Assembly: GCF_037042905.1 (NCBI RefSeq)
Contig: NC_087246.1
Coordinates: 1,054,001 to 1,116,000 of the forward strand
Source of the DNA: Lytechinus pictus
Lineage: Eukaryota
DNA: 62,000 nt
Direction: 5' to 3'
The notes below the pieces were generated by a model. The model was given only the letters and a program-made list of their open reading frames with translations. It ran no database searches and was not told the origin of the DNA. The position numbers and the translations under genes are program-made. Numbering within the stretch: position 1 is the first letter of the stretch; each line of letters starts with the position of its first letter. Below, piece after piece: positions 1-13,405 of the stretch.

Positions 1-293
1 TAAATCAGTTGTCAATCCAATTTTTTCAGATCTTGGTAGAAAAAAAATTGAATAAACCTAATTTCATTTGATGAAATACAAAAGAACAAGTGGGGATATG
101 ACATCATCAATTTGCTCATTGAATATTCATGAGGAAATGCCTAGTAATGTTTCACCAGAATAATGCAAATCTTTAGAATGCCATAACTTTGTTATTCCTT
201 GTCCAATTTTGATCAAATTTTCAGTGTTTTGTTTGTCTTATTTTTCTTGATCCGTTTAAATCATATTATTTTCAGCCCAAAGCATCCCTTTAA
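1..293. mobile_element. Right end of a TTAA-flanked Kolobok-like non-autonomous DNA transposon, truncated by the window edge
   Basis: Ends ...catccct-TTAA and resembles the right halves of the elements at 17422-19760 and 20843-22680. Confidence 0.55.
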
Positions 294-499
294 ATAGCTA
301 ATCTGGGTTTTCCCAGGCCAGTGGCCACTCACAATCATTGAATAATAAATAACCCATAGCACCTGGCTAATTGTATTCATGAACATTACAAATATATAGG
401 AGCACTTTGATTGGATGATGTGAAAACAAGCCCAATAGGTTTATATAATGAAGCTCAGAGTAAAGCATATTCATCCAGAGTGATAAACGCCAAATAGGT

Positions 500-675
500 A
501 GTACCTTGAATCTCTACAGATATTATTAAACTTTATTAAGTCATATATTACTGGGAATCTGTACAGGTATTATTAAACTTAATAGAGCCATGAAGTACCT
601 GGAATCAATACAGATATTACTGAACTTTAAAAAGTCATAATACATTGAATATGTACAGATATCACTAAACTTGAT
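500..675. repeat. Degenerate minisatellite, ~36-47-bp unit containing tacagatattattaaact, about 4 copies
   Basis: The tacag(a/g)tat(t/c)a(t/c)t(a/g)aact motif recurs at ~515, 562, 609 and 654. Confidence 0.6.
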
Positions 676-3207
676 CAAATAGAAAGAAACTTTCCCATAA
701 AGCAGCATTTAAAAAGAAATAAAATCAATAAGCTTAATTACCTATAATTAGAAGACTGAGAATTTATAGGAAAACAGTTGAACGTCAACGGAGATCATAA
801 AAATAATTGAACATCTGAGAAGTCTGCAAGGTAGTTCTAACTGTATGTTGTTATTTGTTACATACAGTGAATATTCCGTATGGTTTATAACATATGAGGA
901 AGGCCTACTTTACTATTCAAAGAAAATGTGACCAAGAAAGAAAATTTGATTATTTCCATCTTCATGACACTCGTTTCAATTCTTCTTTGCAAATCAGGCA
1001 ATTATAATAAGTTAAGCATTGTGTGGTCATTGGCAAGGCTTTACAAGGCAGATATCTTTAGCAGTTCTTTTCGTATGCTGTTTCATATGACCTAAGAAGA
1101 ACTGGGTCATTTTTTATCATTTTGATAATTTGTAAATTCTCGTAATTGTCCAAAATGATCAGTAACATCAACCTTTTCCCTTTGTACATGTTTTATTTTT
1201 AACATAATTTAAGTTTTTTTTACAGTCCCGTATTATTGGCAGGGCAATGAAAGACCTTATCCTCAGACCAGAGCTAAGAACCTCTTAGTAAAAAAAAAAG
1301 TTTGTAATCTCATACCACAATCTGAATTAATTCTGATAAAGCACAATTGTAAAACTTTATGAAATATTAAAGATTAAAGTTCTATCTAAAACAAGTAATA
1401 TCATTGTGGTTGGTACAGGGTGGGGGGCACATGGCTGAATGATTTTTCAGTGCAGTTCAAAATTTCTTCCAAAGTCGAACCAAAGTTTTGAAGATTCAAA
1501 TCAAGATCATCTGTCTGTCCTTTTTTTTTTGGGGGGGGGGGGGTAAACCAGAGCAAGTAATGGACCACTTCATTATAGATAGAGAGTCACTATGAATTTA
1601 GATATATTACAGGATAGAGCCCCAAGCATATGCCATCACTAAAACTTTTTTGTAGGATGAATTATGGTACTGGTCAAATCCAGGTCAACTTGAAAGTCAA
1701 GGGAACTAAAAAAAACCCAGATCTTGCCTTGTCTGAAGAGTGATGATAATCATTCTAAATGCTAGGTCAAGGATGTTTCGACTTCAGTGACAGCCATTGG
1801 TCAAATTTTCACATTTGGACTCTAGCCCTCTTCCTTTGGGATTTCATCAGGGAAACTGGGATTTTTTTTCTCTCTCCTACAATTGAAATCTCTACTGACC
1901 ATGACCGAAATCATCAATGACAAGTAGGCTAAATCCACAAATGGGATAAAAGAAGTGATAATTACAAAAGTGTGGGGAATAGGTTGGGAGTTACCTGTAG
2001 CCACTAAATATGAGGTCACATAGGCTCCTATAGGGCTCACATGAGTATTACAGACCCCCATTCACTCACGTGTTAAATCATAGCTCATCAAAAAAATCAT
2101 CAAAAATCAATCCCACGAAAGATTTTGTTTTAATTCACTGACATAAGTCACAATTAACAGTACATTAACACTAGATATGTTAATCAGGTACTTGCCCAGC
2201 TCAATCAAAAGTTAAATGGCCTGAAATAAGATTTACAATAATTTCGGTCAGTTCATTGCCAGAAAAACCCGAACTGCATTGTCGATAATTAAAATGAAAT
2301 ACAAAGATGCAGTCTAGCCTCCCCAAAAGCCCTAATTATGAGAGTATGAAAATGACATTGTTTCTATCATTAATATTTTGATATTCAAACATTTTGTCTA
2401 TTTTTAATGAATTATTTTAATCAATAAAGTCATGTGATCTTTACTTACACCTGTCCTGCATGCTTTGCGCGCGGTTGAATTACTCTCATGTGCCCCTAAG
2501 AGAAAATTTAATTGGGGTATGCAAGCCTAAGAGGGGACAATTTGAGCCCCCTTTTTTATATTAAAAAAAGTAGTGTACGTAATAGAACATGCTGGGATAT
2601 ACATATAATAGTAGCAGGTTAGAGGAATATATCATGTAGAAAAAATCAAATTTTATTTGCATATTAATTGATGTTTAATAGCTGTAACAAGGAACAATTT
2701 CACCCCCACAAAAATCGGGGGGGGGGGGGGGGAAATGAGCCCCTTATCAAAACAATATGTAATTAACTACATTCTAGGCTGTATAAAAACATAATGAAGT
2801 GTGCTACCTTCATAACAGTTTTCAAGTACAATACTCCATAGTGATGCAAATAGCTCAATTTTCCCCTAATTAATTAATAACCTATGAATTATAGAAATGC
2901 TTTGAAAGGATCTTTTGTTCTATACAGGCGGAAACATATATATCACTTCTAATTCTACATTAATTATCGGCAATGATTGCACCCAAAACCAACTGCCAAT
3001 AACATCTACTACATAGGAGATACACATGTCACAACAGGTAACACTCCTGCTGTCATGCAATGCTATTATACCAAAACAAATGAAGTGGTCAAAGTTGGTA
3101 GTATCATCAGTTTTAATAAGTCAGTTAATTGGTCATGTTTAAGGTATCTTTAGGTCACTTTTCCCCAAACAGTTTAAATGTTTAGCAAAATTTGCAGATG
3201 TTTTTTG

Positions 3208-4993
3208 TAAGCCAGAGTCATATTGATTATTTTGAAAACCGGTGTTTGACAGCTTTAATTCGATCGAACATCGATGCATCAAAATTTGAAGGCGGGGAAA
3301 ACAGAGTCATTTTTTTTGCTCCGGCCGGCCGTCGATGCATGCGCTATGCATGCACTACATGCACTGACGGTCTGCGCTGGCCGGGTGAGCGTTGCAAAAG
3401 CAGATAGATGACAGAGCAAAGTTTGTTTGTATTTTCCATGATCACAAAACACAAAAAAGGCCGGGGAGCAATGCAGAATTCTTCCCAAAATATCTTCAAC
3501 AATGATATTTGCAGATGATAACATATAAGTTTAAAATGAAACATATTTAAGACATGAATCACGCAGAGTCGATTTTCGGTCAACTAGCATTCGCAGTCCA
3601 GACTCGCACGCATCAGCCCCGTCCGCAGCCCCGTACTCTCCCGAAACGACAGGCGTGCTTGCCAGCGCCATCTAACTTGTGCAAACAGCGGGGAGAGCGC
3701 TGTAACTTGCCTGAGATTGTGTAGTTGGCGGGGTGGTTGGATCCAAAATTAGCTCCAAATAAATTGATGGGAATAAATACGTAATTTTCTCTGGATGGTC
3801 ATTTGAATTGGTATTCAATGCTGATATAACAATTGTGAGGAAAGATTGTGGAATATGAGTTCTGGCGATATTCGAGACTTAATCCTGATAATGATAATCC
3901 ATTTTTTTAGACACAAGAGCTTGTGATCGAAATAAATACGAATGTCTCAGATCGAGCTCTAAATTCATATAAATTATTATTGGATGTTAAATAATTACGA
4001 TTTAATAAGATTTTATGGCCATACTAAAAATATTGACGATGTCAGCAAAGTATGTTATGTTCATATGGAAGAATTAATAGTATTATACTGGCATTATTTA
4101 TTTTTTTTATTCCATCTCTGGACATCTCCGAGCTCCAAGAAAAGAAGCACAATGCACATGCGCGTTCGATGACGTCTGACATATTTTCCATTCATGAAAT
4201 TAGAGCCCAAAGTTGGGCACAAACAAGCTTCAAATTGATGGGGAAAAAATATCAAACGTAATTTTTCTCTGTTTTTGTCATGTAACATATTATTATATGG
4301 TGATATTACGATCTTCAAAAGAGTTTCTACATGTTGACAATGTTCGATAATCAATCCTGACGTGATAATTATTTTTTAGACAAGTGCAGTGCACTAAGCT
4401 CACTCAAGTCGATGGTCATGTGATGTCCGCCATTTAAAATTGAAACGAAATACAAACGTTTCACATCAAGCTCTAAATTCATATGAATGATTATCATATA
4501 CAAATTGTTGTTAAATATTACGATTAAATCATGTTCTATGGTTATGATATTAATATTGTTCATGAAAAAGCAAGATTTACTTTACGTTGATCGCATCAAT
4601 TTTCCGGCCATTTTCTGATTTGATTAAAGCACAGTACTGCGCATGCACGATCAATGGCGACTTCCATTCATAAATTCATCGTGCATAAATTATTTCGGCA
4701 CGAGCAGACGAGTAAGACTCGAACTATGATCGAAATAAACTTCAAATTAATGGTGAATAGGCATCATAATTACACAATCGGTTTCATTTTGGGGGCAATA
4801 TAAATGAAGTAAGTAGTAGTCAAGTTTGATATTACTGTTTATTTTGATGTTTGATTGTGTGAACCAAATGAATCGGCCGGCCGACGTATTTTTTTTTTTT
4901 TTTTTTTTCGATGCACCGATTTTGCAAAATCTGCACCGGCGTTCGATGACATCGATCAAACACCGATTTTAAAATCGATTCGACTCGGGCTTA
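3208..4993 (+). mobile_element. hAT-like non-autonomous DNA transposon, copy 1 (1786 bp)
   Basis: TIR taagcc(a/c)gagtc...gactcgggctta; exact 8-bp TSD gttttttg (3200-3207 and 4994-5001); no transposase ORF; an inverted homologue lies at 17779-19555. Confidence 0.9.
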
Positions 4994-6225
4994 GTTTTTT
5001 GTGTTTTATGGTCATTTGAATAGCTCAGTTTAATAAACATTTTAGCTCAGGTCTAATTTCACTTATATACATATATTTCAAGAAAACATTGTATAGTTGT
5101 ATAGTTGGGACAAAGCTGTCAGAAAGTTTCTGTTGAGATAGGGCTTAATTATCAGTCTGGAATGACATGTACAGTATAATCGTGGATGTTTAACAAAGAG
5201 AATTTAAGTGCTGTTATGAGATCGTGAAAAACACAGTGCAAATGCATCATCGCTTTGTTTTTTTTTAAATGTGAAAGTATATGTGAAAATGATTTAAAGA
5301 GCAAGAAAAGCATAAATTAGCAATGTATGAAAGAGATATTTCTTACAAGAATATACTCCCAAAATCACACAAAAAAATGTTGCAGATTATGGTAAATCCC
5401 CGAAAGTTGCATGTCACTATCAAATTCATTACTACATGTACGGATAAAAACAGTAAAGATGTGGAGGATATGACACAATTTTATAATTTTACGTGGAAAT
5501 TTCTTTTGATTCCCGATCAAAATGAAATAACAAACCTGCGTAACCTTTTCTTTTTATATAAATCCATTTCTCAAGCATAAAACTCTTGGAATGGACTAAA
5601 AATATTCTAATGGTAATAATAAATGAACTTTTCCCTACCGTACTCATTTAGGATATGACCATATCTGGGAAAACCACCACAGGTAACAAGGAAATACTAT
5701 TACTATGGATAAAATCAGTATGAAACTGTTGAGAAACAGCACAAATATTTCACCATGTTTCAAATATGCACGCATTACAGAAAATTTAAACTCGAATATA
5801 GAATGGAATTAATTAGTTTTAAAAATATATTCAAATATTGATGTAAATAAATTATCCTATACAAATACATGGATGTTTGGAACAGGGGAACTTCACTGCC
5901 AAGAAGGGGACAAACCAACAATGAATTTAAACCACACCACAGCCAAGAATACACGTCCAGAGCTAAAATGGTGTGACCTTTATTCCCCCTTTAACCTCCA
6001 GTTTGGCGGGAAGTTCCAAACAAAGGAGAGGCTACCACAGACAGCCACACCCCTGACGCTGGTGAGCGGCAATACTATGCTAGCCAGCTATACACCATGG
6101 ATGAGGTCAGTGGTCCATTGCTGCTTTACAAACCTTGCCCAGTAAACAAGGCTTTGTGGACATATGTGTATAGTCTGAAGAATAAGACTTTTTATTGATA
6201 AAAAAGCAGTTAAGATATATATAGG

Positions 6226-6642
6226 TATATTTTCAATTGGTCAAATGTCATTTCGTCCAATAACCAACTTGTCTACTATCGTATGGTCTACCATCAGTTC
6301 GTCCACTATCCACATGGTCTAATTGTCATTTTGTCCACTCACCATTTTGTCTATTAACCAGTTAGCCCAATAGCCATTTAGTCCATATACCATTTGGTCT
6401 AATTGGACTAAGTGTTAATTGGGCGAACTGAATGAAAATAAAATAAATATTAGACCAATTGAATATGAGACAAAATAGTCATATAAGGACTGGTGATTAG
6501 ACGAAGTGGTGATTAGACCAAATAGTTATTGGACTAAATGGCTGTTAGACGAAATGCTGATGGATGGAATGGCATTAGACTAAATGAATGTGGACCATGT
6601 AGTAAGTGGACAAGGTGGCAGTAGACGAATTGGCAATTTACC
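6226..6642. mobile_element. Foldback/MITE-like repeat of short gtc(c/t)a / tagac units in inverted arrangement
   Basis: Left half is rich in tcgtcca/ttgtcta and right half in tagacga/tagacca; imperfect terminal IR ggta..caatt / aattg..tacc. Related fragments at ~28170-28220 and 61755-61945. Confidence 0.6.
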
Positions 6643-6789
6643 AAAACATAGCCTATATTTCGACCAATTTGATCACGAGACTTCAGGGCTAATTTCCACG
6701 ACTGATCATACACAATAATCAATGAAATCAATTGTAGAAACCAGCCCCATGATCAATCACTAAAGTTCTATGTTACATGGTCCTTTTGT

Positions 6790-8700
6790 TAATGCCCTGG
6801 ATAAGAAATATGATTGCAATATTTTTAGATTTAAAGAAGGCTTTTGATAAATTTGATCACACTACTTACAGATATATACATGGAAAATTGAACCAGCTAA
6901 ATTTGTATAGCATAAGAGTTATTGTACTTTCATGTTCAAAGAAAACAATAATTAAAAATCCCTCAATTAAAATCAACGCTAAAGACTATCTCATGTGTGG
7001 TCCTGAGGGTTCTCTTTAAAGTTGAATTAAGAAGGGGGTGAGTTTCCATAAATATAGGTTCTACATACAATATATAGTATATATAAGTTGTTAAAACACA
7101 TAGCATGTCACAATAATCCTCTGCCTTCTCGATATTTTGCTTTGAAAGTCTATGAAATTAGCCACCTGTCAGAGCCCGAGAGACGAGTGTACAGAAAAGT
7201 CACTCGGAGTGTGACGTCACCGGGGGGAATTTAGTATAAGAGGTGCCTGAATGTCATACAGAAATGCTATGCAGAGAGAGAAAGATATTTTACAATTTTT
7301 TTTCAAAGCAACTCAAATCAAACAAATAGGACTGATATGTACAAATCTTTACTTTCCCTGTATAAAAAACAGTATGAATAACCACCATGAACTCTTCAAT
7401 CATGATGTAAGATAGCAAACAGTGAGTTATTGAATGATATTTTCACTATTTCTCATTTATTTTATCACGATGTTCAATCAAGTGAGTAGCTGGAAAGTAA
7501 TTCCGGCGGCTAGCTCAGCGCGCGCTGAACGCATAATACTAGTACACACAACACCCAGGCATTGAGTGTACTGTTATGGTCTGGTATGTCGACTTAGTTC
7601 ATGGCCGTGCAGCGATCCCCTGGCGTTTTTTCTTCTTTTCTTTTGTCTTTGACTCCACTTTTATATCCTCTGGATCATTTCCACTCATAGCTCATTCCAC
7701 AGAACAATCTTGAATTAACCAAACGTATAGTATTCTTTCTCGGCCTTCTGAGTTGTTTTCTATATTTAATTACGCTAGGGGTCACCGTCACACATACAAA
7801 CGCAATTCGGAAGTGAGTTGAAGACAGAAAGATATATAGTAATTAGTATACATATCTATGGTTGAAGACAACAAGAACGGTACGGTAGCTCGACAGCTAG
7901 CTCCGCCGGAGCGGGCGGCCGGTCGGCACAAAGCAATTCCGCAACCAACTGTGTTTTTTTGCAAGAGCCGCGTCACACGCGGATAAATATGTCATAATAA
8001 CACGTCTGCTACGTTATCGACTGGTGAGAAGATCTCGATCAAATTTCATATTATTCACCTTGAAATTATTCCTTTAGGGTCTATGGTATCATTCTGAGGG
8101 AATTCACATATTTGGAATAATAGTACGGCCACAAATATTTTAATCATTTCCTCTTTGCAAGTTCTATGGCTCGCAGATACAACTTCAACTGCAGTTATTC
8201 CATAGTAGTACACAAAACGGCACTGCCTTGTTTACTAAACCGGGACCGAATACCCCCCGGTGACGTCACACTCAAAGAACACCCGTCTCGGTAGGCATTG
8301 CAGGAGCGAACTCAGGGAAAATGGGTAGGGATAAATCGTTCAAATTCACTATTTTGAAAAAAGAAAATGGGGGGTTGAATCACCTATTAGTGTTTGGGGG
8401 GTTGTAAGGTTGCTATTAATGTAAATATCTCAATATTTGGAATCGTCTTCTTAATTCAACTTTAAGGATCACTATTGGTTGTTTTTAATGACCTACCGGG
8501 TATGTAAAGTATCCATATTATGTATGTTTTCTCACTTTGCTGACACTAGACTGTTTTTATCACACCCAAAGTATCATGTTTTCCACAATCTATTCAATTC
8601 TAATTCTAAACTTGAATAAATATCTGAGTGTTTTTATACATACTAAACAGAACTTAATCTTACAAAAACCAGTTATATGATTTTCAGTAAGTGTGTAATG
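6790..8700 (+). pseudogene. Decayed CR1/L2-type reverse-transcriptase fragment split by a DNA transposon
   Basis: IAIFLDLKKAFDKFDH and CG-PEGS-L before 7016, then GSLL...NDLP and a FAD(D)T-like remnant after 8465. Confidence 0.65.
7020..8461. mobile_element. Kolobok-like non-autonomous DNA transposon (1442 bp)
   Basis: TTAA TSD (7016-7019 and 8462-8465); 15-bp perfect TIR agttgaattaagaag with AG..CT termini; internal IR gagtgtgacgtcaccgggggg (~7207) / ccccccggtgacgtcacactc (~8253). Confidence 0.85.
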
Positions 8701-8831
8701 TCTGTAGATATTTTAGGTATATAGCAATAGATACATGTAAGTTTACATAGAAAATCACACTGATAGTGTGAGCAACAAGCTACCAAAATAGGAATTATGT
8801 ATCATTTAAGATCATTTCCTATTAGGACATT

Positions 8832-9499
8832 TTGTCGGCGGTCATCCGAACAGTCGTATCACACAGACGACGGTGCAAACCCATTTTAGAGAAAATCGAC
8901 TTCAAAGTTTACTAAAATTTTCACACTTTAGTTCTCCAGCCTTACAACATATTCATTGCTAGAAAAATACATGGTTGGAAAGACCAAGACAATTGCTTGA
9001 CAATGGTATCCTTATATTAACACAAAACCAAAGATCAGAGAAAATATCGCAAAAGATCTACATGCTTGTAATTTCGGTTTGAGCGGTTTAGATTTCCCCC
9101 GTACAAAACGCCATAGGGAATACAACAACCCTGACCGCGATTTCAATGCGCACGGTCAGTCAAAACGTCATATCGCTTTTCGTGTGCAAAGTCAATGCTG
9201 TGCAGATGGCAGATACGACAGTTTGCCTGACCGCGCGCATTGAAATCGCGGTCAGTCAAAAAAGCGTATCGCTCTGCTACTGTACACGTCTCCAATGGGA
9301 TTTGCGCATTTCATTAAAAATGTGTACGGCATCGCCGTGAGAATCCTCTCATATCTAAGAAACTGAAATAAATTGCTGCCTAGAAATTTAGTTATGAATA
9401 GAATAGGACTTGTACTTTAATTTCTGCAAAAATCTTTTTTTTTTTTTTTTTTTTGTGACCAAAATTAACTGATACGACGGTTCGGATGAACGCAGACGA
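8832..9499. mobile_element. MITE with ~30-bp imperfect TIR and internal inverted 29-mers
   Basis: ttgtcggcggtcatccgaacagtcgtatca / tgatacgacggttcggatgaacgcagacga. Internal ctgaccgcgatttcaatgcgcacggtcag (9131) and its near reverse complement (9227). TSD not clear. Confidence 0.75.
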
Positions 9500-10124
9500 T
9501 CTTTAAGATCATGTATCATGCCATTTTGTGTACCCTAGCTATGGTATTAATCCGATACATCAATAGATTTACAAAAAATATGCAATAAGGTTTATATCTC
9601 ACACTCCTTACCTTGCCCATACCAATCCTATATTTATTGAATTAGATTTATTGGGATTTTTATGACATTCATGTAATTCAGGTCCTTATATTTATGTACA
9701 AAACAATAACCTCTTGCCAGGTTATATCAAAACTTTTCTAAATCCTAATGTTCAATAATGAATTTCATGGACACTAGAAATAAAATGATTTTCATAAACT
9801 TTACCTAAACTCTCATCTTTTAAAAACTTGATCTCATTTCAAAGACCGGAAATCTGGAATGTGTAAACAAGCTGTTTCATCAAATGTTTTAAAGTAAAAT
9901 TCTAGGCAATGCATTTCAAACAGTTATGTGTTTGTTTAAATTCATATAAGCTTTATAGGCATATATGACACCCCCCCCCCCCCCATTTACACTGTAGGTT
10001 AGTGATTCTCTTTTTGTGTATGTGTTATCATGAAATCTACATATTATGTTATTAATAATAAGATAATTACAGTCAGATAATTACTAGGATTGTTTGCAGT
10101 CTTTCTCAAACTCAAATCATGTAA

Positions 10125-10655
10125 CAATAATATGTATTTATATAGCGCAAAAACTATTTCTATATATTCTATTGCGCTGCAAGAGCTTCCCATATGCTGT
10201 ACATATTATTGGAATAGATAGGTTTTTAATTTTAATTTGAAATTATGTAAAGTTGTTGAATTCCTAATGTCGAGGGGAAGTTTGATCCATAGTTGTGTTG
10301 CTTTAGTCTTGTGTGGGGGTACTTGCAGTGTGAGTGTATCTTGTGAGCTACGAAGTTGATGGTCATGAGATCGGGATGTTAATGCCTGACCATTAAGACC
10401 TTTAAAGACAATCATTAGGATCTTAAATATGATTCTTTGCTGGACAGGTAACCAGTGTAATTCTCTCAATAATGGGGTGACTGGAGAGAATTTGGGAAGA
10501 CGACATATTAAACGGGCACATATGTTTTGCACTCTCTGCAGTTTGCTTATTTGAGAATCAGGTAATCCGTAGAGAATACTATTACAATAATCCAATTTAC
10601 TTGTGATACATGCATGAACTATAGTTTTCATGCTGTCCTTGTCAAAGAATTCACA
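10125..10655 (-). mobile_element. L2-clade LINE 3' fragment (ORF2 C-terminus and tail)
   Basis: VHACITSKLDYCNSILYGLP...LQRVQN..ARLI...LHWLPV..RI.FK motif; 3' hairpin agcgcaa..ttgcgct followed by a tatataaat/tatt tail. Confidence 0.85.
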
Positions 10656-11170
10656 AATAATAAAAGATTGAATATGCAATTAACATCATTCTGGTCTAAA
10701 CATGCATTGACTGCGCTTAGGCAGCATCAAATTAGATAATTCTTTAACTTGCATTATGTAATGAATAATTTCATTCAACACGTACAAACGGGTCTTTGAA
10801 TGAAGACTATGGGGTAAGGATATATGGAGTTGCCATTTACATATTTTGCATCAGATTTGGGTCACTGATTATCATTTCTTTATTCGAAAGGCTTAAATGA
10901 GAATTGAGATAAGATTGTTGAATTGACTTATGTACGGCCATATATATGCATGGATGAATTTGGTATATATTCAAAATTTACTTTGGGTGACTTTAGTACT
11001 GTTTACAAAAAATGACTTGAATGTCAGGGGTGGAAAATAGAATAGCAGTATATTGGTAATGAATAGTTTAGATATAAAGCCACTCCATGGTACAAAGTAA
11101 TGAACATCACTTTATGTCAGTGAACACAACGGGATGTTACATCTGTGCCATATACACAGGCAAGTCTTAA

Positions 11171-11666
11171 AGGGGAAGTTCACCCTGAAGAAAACTTTGT
11201 TGTAAAAATAGCAGAAAAAATAGTAAAAAATATTGGTGAAGGTTTGATGAAAATCCGTTAAAGAGTAAGAAAGTTATTAGAGTTCAAAGTTTTGGATTTG
11301 TGACGTCATAAACGAGCAGCTGCCCCATGTGTTATGTAATATAAAATGCATGAATTTCAAATTTTGTATGGTTCCTGATGACTTAATTTTTTTTCTATTC
11401 ATGATCGGGTGTGAAATGATTTGTCTATTGATATACAAAAGGTACAGTGAAAACCATTTTCAATTTTCTGAGAAAATGACATTTCATTGATTTTTTACCA
11501 TTCGCTATGTAGGAATGCTGCTCGCACATGACGTCACAAATCAAATAATTGAAATTCTAATAACTTTTTAATTATTTGATGAATTTTTCTCAAACCTTCG
11601 GCAATATTTTTTATCATTTTTTCTGCTATTTTTACAATAAACTTTTTGTCAGGGTGAACTTCCCCT
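11171..11666. mobile_element. Kolobok-like TTAA MITE (496 bp, long palindromic arms)
   Basis: TTAA on both sides; TIR aggggaagttcaccctga; ~150-bp imperfect inverted arms each ending in TGACGTCA. Confidence 0.9.
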
Positions 11667-12927
11667 TTAATCAATTGTTGAATTTAGTCTTCAGCAAACT
11701 TTGTACAAACATTTATTTAGCAAATTTCTTTATGTAACACCCTCTGATAAAAGGTGTAATTTTTCAGTAAAAATGAATGAATTATTAAGTTTAAAGATAC
11801 TGCAAATTAAGAAAAAGCATTAAACACGGACATGCAGGGGCAGCGGAACGGGGGGAGGGGGGTTCAGGCCCCAATATGTATTTTCCATAGGGAAAAAAAT
11901 TATTTTTTTCAGATTTCCTTGCCTTCTCTTAAACCAAATAAACAGATAAGGATGGAAAAGGAAAGATATAGGAAGCAACATGGGGGCCTAAAATTCCACT
12001 TGTGCTTCACAATTGCATTACCTGTTTAATAAGAGACATATCTGATATTTAACGACTACATGTCACTTGACTAAGTCAATAAGGAACAAAAATAGTTTAG
12101 TTCACAAATCAGACTTTCATAAGTTTGTTTTGTAAGATATAACTTATAAGCATCACATTAATGACTACAAATAAGTGCTTGAAAGGTCCCAACTTTCAGT
12201 GCTAAATATAATTTGAATTGAACTCGTGCTTTGTGCTTACTTCGTCATGAATTCAAATGGTACTTGAAATATCTTTTTTTCAGGTCAGAATAACAAACAA
12301 TTTATAGTGTGCTTTGCACTCGCATTGTTTGTTTAGTGATAATCTTTATATACTTTTCATTTACATTTATTTGTTGTCATCATTCTGCTCATAAATTCAA
12401 ACAGTGTCTGAAAATTACTCTTTAAAGCCAGTACACTGAATCAGCTGGCACTTCGCGTAATTAATTGAAATGTTGCTTTAACTGTCCCCTTTTTAGATAA
12501 GAATAATAAAAAAAATCAACTTGAGCCTTGTGCTCAAAACTGTGATTCTTATCATTGCATCTCTGCCTTCAACAAAGTGTTGTCCATTGCTCCTATGGAT
12601 CCATAAGATTTATACAGATTCTTCAATAATTAGCATCAATAAAAAAGTGAGTTTTACAACCTAAGTGTTTAAAGCTATTTATGAAAGAAATGAATAAAAA
12701 TGTAATATGTCTGATGGGTTAATCACAGAAATAGAAGAGAGGGAAAAATAGAAATCCATGCATGAAGGAAATAGGTATGAATCATCAAGAAACTAATGAA
12801 AACCAGAAATTGGTGAAGTATTCCTCAGTAATTTATCTTGTACAGTATGATGCTCTGTTGTATCACTGAAGACATATCCATGCTATGAACTCTACATGAA
12901 CTTTTTGATGCCTGTGAAAGGGCCTAT

Positions 12928-13405
12928 AGGTGGTTTCAAACCGCCTCGATCACAAGAATCCCCGTTAAATTACGAGAACTTTTTTAGGCTGAAAAATACC
13001 CATTAATTATTCCTGCATTCACACCGCCCTGAAACATACCCTTCGGGATAAGTTCCTGAAGTTACGAGCATGCGCAGTATGGTCTGATAAGCAGCAAGGC
13101 GCGAAATTCAAAATCACTAGCCCAGCAGCAACCCATGCACGGCGCCGCACCCAACGACACGCTGGGCTAAAAGTTCCCGTAATTTGCTTTCAGACCGCCA
13201 AAATACCCACGACCTTGGAAAAATCCCCGCGAAAGTTCTCGTAATTTCGCCAAGTACCTACTATTTATCGGGTATTTTCTTTCGGGGATATTACGCGTAG
13301 TTTGCTTTCACACCGCCAAAATACCTGGTATTTTCTGATCGGGGTAAATTTCCCGATCAGAGAATACCTGGAACTGGCGAACTTCGAGGCGGTCTGAAAC
13401 CACCT
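12928..13405. mobile_element. PIF/Harbinger-like MITE (478 bp)
   Basis: 22-bp TIR aggtggtttca(a/g)accgcctcga; 3-bp TSD TAT; internal repeats of ttca(c/g)accgcc. Confidence 0.8.

Noticed and set aside
1730..1800. Possible second hammerhead (ctgaaga at 1733; gtttcg at ~1775)
   Set aside because: The two core boxes are on opposite strands and the stems do not assemble.
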